A DNA stretch of 64,000 nt. Source: Nitrospirota bacterium. GTDB taxonomy: Bacteria; Nitrospirota; Thermodesulfovibrionia; Thermodesulfovibrionales; SM23-35. Below the pieces are notes generated by a model that searched no databases, was not told the origin of the DNA, and saw only the letters and a program-made list of their open reading frames with translations. Made by a program: the position numbers and the translations under genes. Position 1 is the stretch's first letter; each line of letters begins with the position of its first letter. The stretch lies in the NCBI GenBank assembly GCA_963826355.1, contig CAWGWX010000015.1, forward strand, positions 1,400 through 65,399, in the 5' to 3' direction. Shown here piece by piece: positions 63,433-64,000 of this stretch.

Positions 63433-64000
63433 TTACTTATAAGCAACAGCAAACAAGACTTTGAACTGGGAATTGGGAGTGTTGTGTGAAATAGGTACTG
63501 GCGGAGTATAATCAGCTATTCCATCAGTAATTTCAGGTGGTAAAGGCTTTAGTTTTCCAAAAAATAGCCTTTTCAGTTTTTCCTTCCCCTCCATAGTCTT
63601 AGGTATAAAATGCAATGTAACCGCAACCTGCTTAATCGCAGATATTATTTTATCCTTAAAACTATCAGACGCAGGACAGTCCGCAAACATCTTTACCTCA
63701 AAGCCCTTTTCTTTCAGCAATAAAAACAATTCTGGTGCAGAAAAATATTTATAGCTATAGGGACTTGGATTGAAGCCAGACCAATCTTTGTTAGCAGTAC
63801 ATATAATAAGAAAGCCCTCGTCCCTAAGTACCCTGCGAGCTTCCTTAAGAAATTTTTCTGGATGCTCAAGGTAGTATATAGCTTCATAGAGAATTAAAAC
63901 ATCAAAACTTTTATCCTCAAAAGGCAGATTGTGAGCATCTAATTGCCGTATTTGAACATTATTTCTTTCTTCGTAAGTTTTAAAAGCAAATTTCAAATTA
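63433..64000 (-). CDS. class I SAM-dependent methyltransferase (type 11-like); N-terminus beyond the window edge
   Basis: FDVLILYEAIYYLEHPEKFLKEARRVLRDEGFLII. The frame is open to the right edge. Confidence 0.7.
   Translation of the reverse strand, partial: NLKFAFKTYEERNNVQIRQLDAHNLPFEDKSFDVLILYEAIYYLEHPEKFLKEARRVLRDEGFLIICTANKDWSGFNPSPYSYKYFSAPELFLLLKEKGFEVKMFADCPASDSFKDKIISAIKQVAVTLHFIPKTMEGKEKLKRLFFGKLKPLPPEITDGIADYTPPVPISHNTPNSQFKVLFAVAYK

Overview
This 64-kb window looks chromosomal and comes from an anaerobic sulfate-reducing bacterium. The proteins look Nitrospirota/Thermodesulfovibrio-like or deltaproteobacterial, but I cannot check taxonomy without a database search.

Gene content, left to right:
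- **1-4.4 kb:** cell-shape operon mreB-mreC-mreD-mrdA on the minus strand. mrdA runs off the left edge.
- **4.5-17.3 kb:** rdgB, then a complete dissimilatory sulfate activation/reduction cluster adk-sat-(101-aa unknown)-aprB-aprA-qmoA-qmoB-qmoC-hppA.
- **17.4-26.2 kb:** two YkgJ-type Cys-cluster proteins flanking a transformylase-only purH, a glutaredoxin-like/ferredoxin-thioredoxin-reductase pair, several unknowns, a GNAT, and an orphan higA with an eroded higB.
- **26.2-36.5 kb:** an 11-gene nuoABCDHIJKLMN operon without nuoEFG.
- **36.6-43.5 kb:** pntAA-pntAB-pntB, a 17-heme cytochrome c with a cytochrome b partner, and a rhomboid protease overlapping a zinc-ribbon/receiver gene.
- **44.0-52.4 kb:** CIRCE-controlled groES-groEL, PBP1A, a phosphomannomutase, a Cys-rich MerR regulator, and atpB-atpE.
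- **52.5-60.9 kb:** an AT-rich toxin-antitoxin island holding Phd/VapC, three MNT/HEPN modules (one decayed), an orphan DUF433, a DUF4143 AAA ATPase, gene remnants and repeat modules.
- **55.7-57.8 and 60.9-64.0 kb:** envelope and polysaccharide genes around the island (ydcF-like, wecB fragment, lhgO-like, capD/pglF-like, phosphoglycosyl transferase, methyltransferase).

I recognised no rRNA, tRNA, CRISPR array, transposase or integrase.

Most notable observations:
- NuoD carries an internal ~90-aa insertion with two complete [4Fe-4S] ferredoxin motifs, in a complex I that lacks the NADH module.
- The 17-heme cytochrome has a triplicated 4-heme module, a perfect EF-hand loop and a C-terminal anchor.
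- A family of 9-bp tandem arrays and conserved flanking modules structures the TA island. One cassette sits exactly between two modules, and another is bracketed by 70-bp direct repeats.
- At least nine single-nucleotide frame disruptions affect otherwise intact genes (sat, purH, pmm x3, ydcF x2, lhgO, capD). Most sit in short homopolymer or simple-repeat runs. This points to indel errors in the assembly, so every pseudogene inference here needs read-level confirmation.

All calls rest on reading the translations and the DNA by eye. No searches were run.
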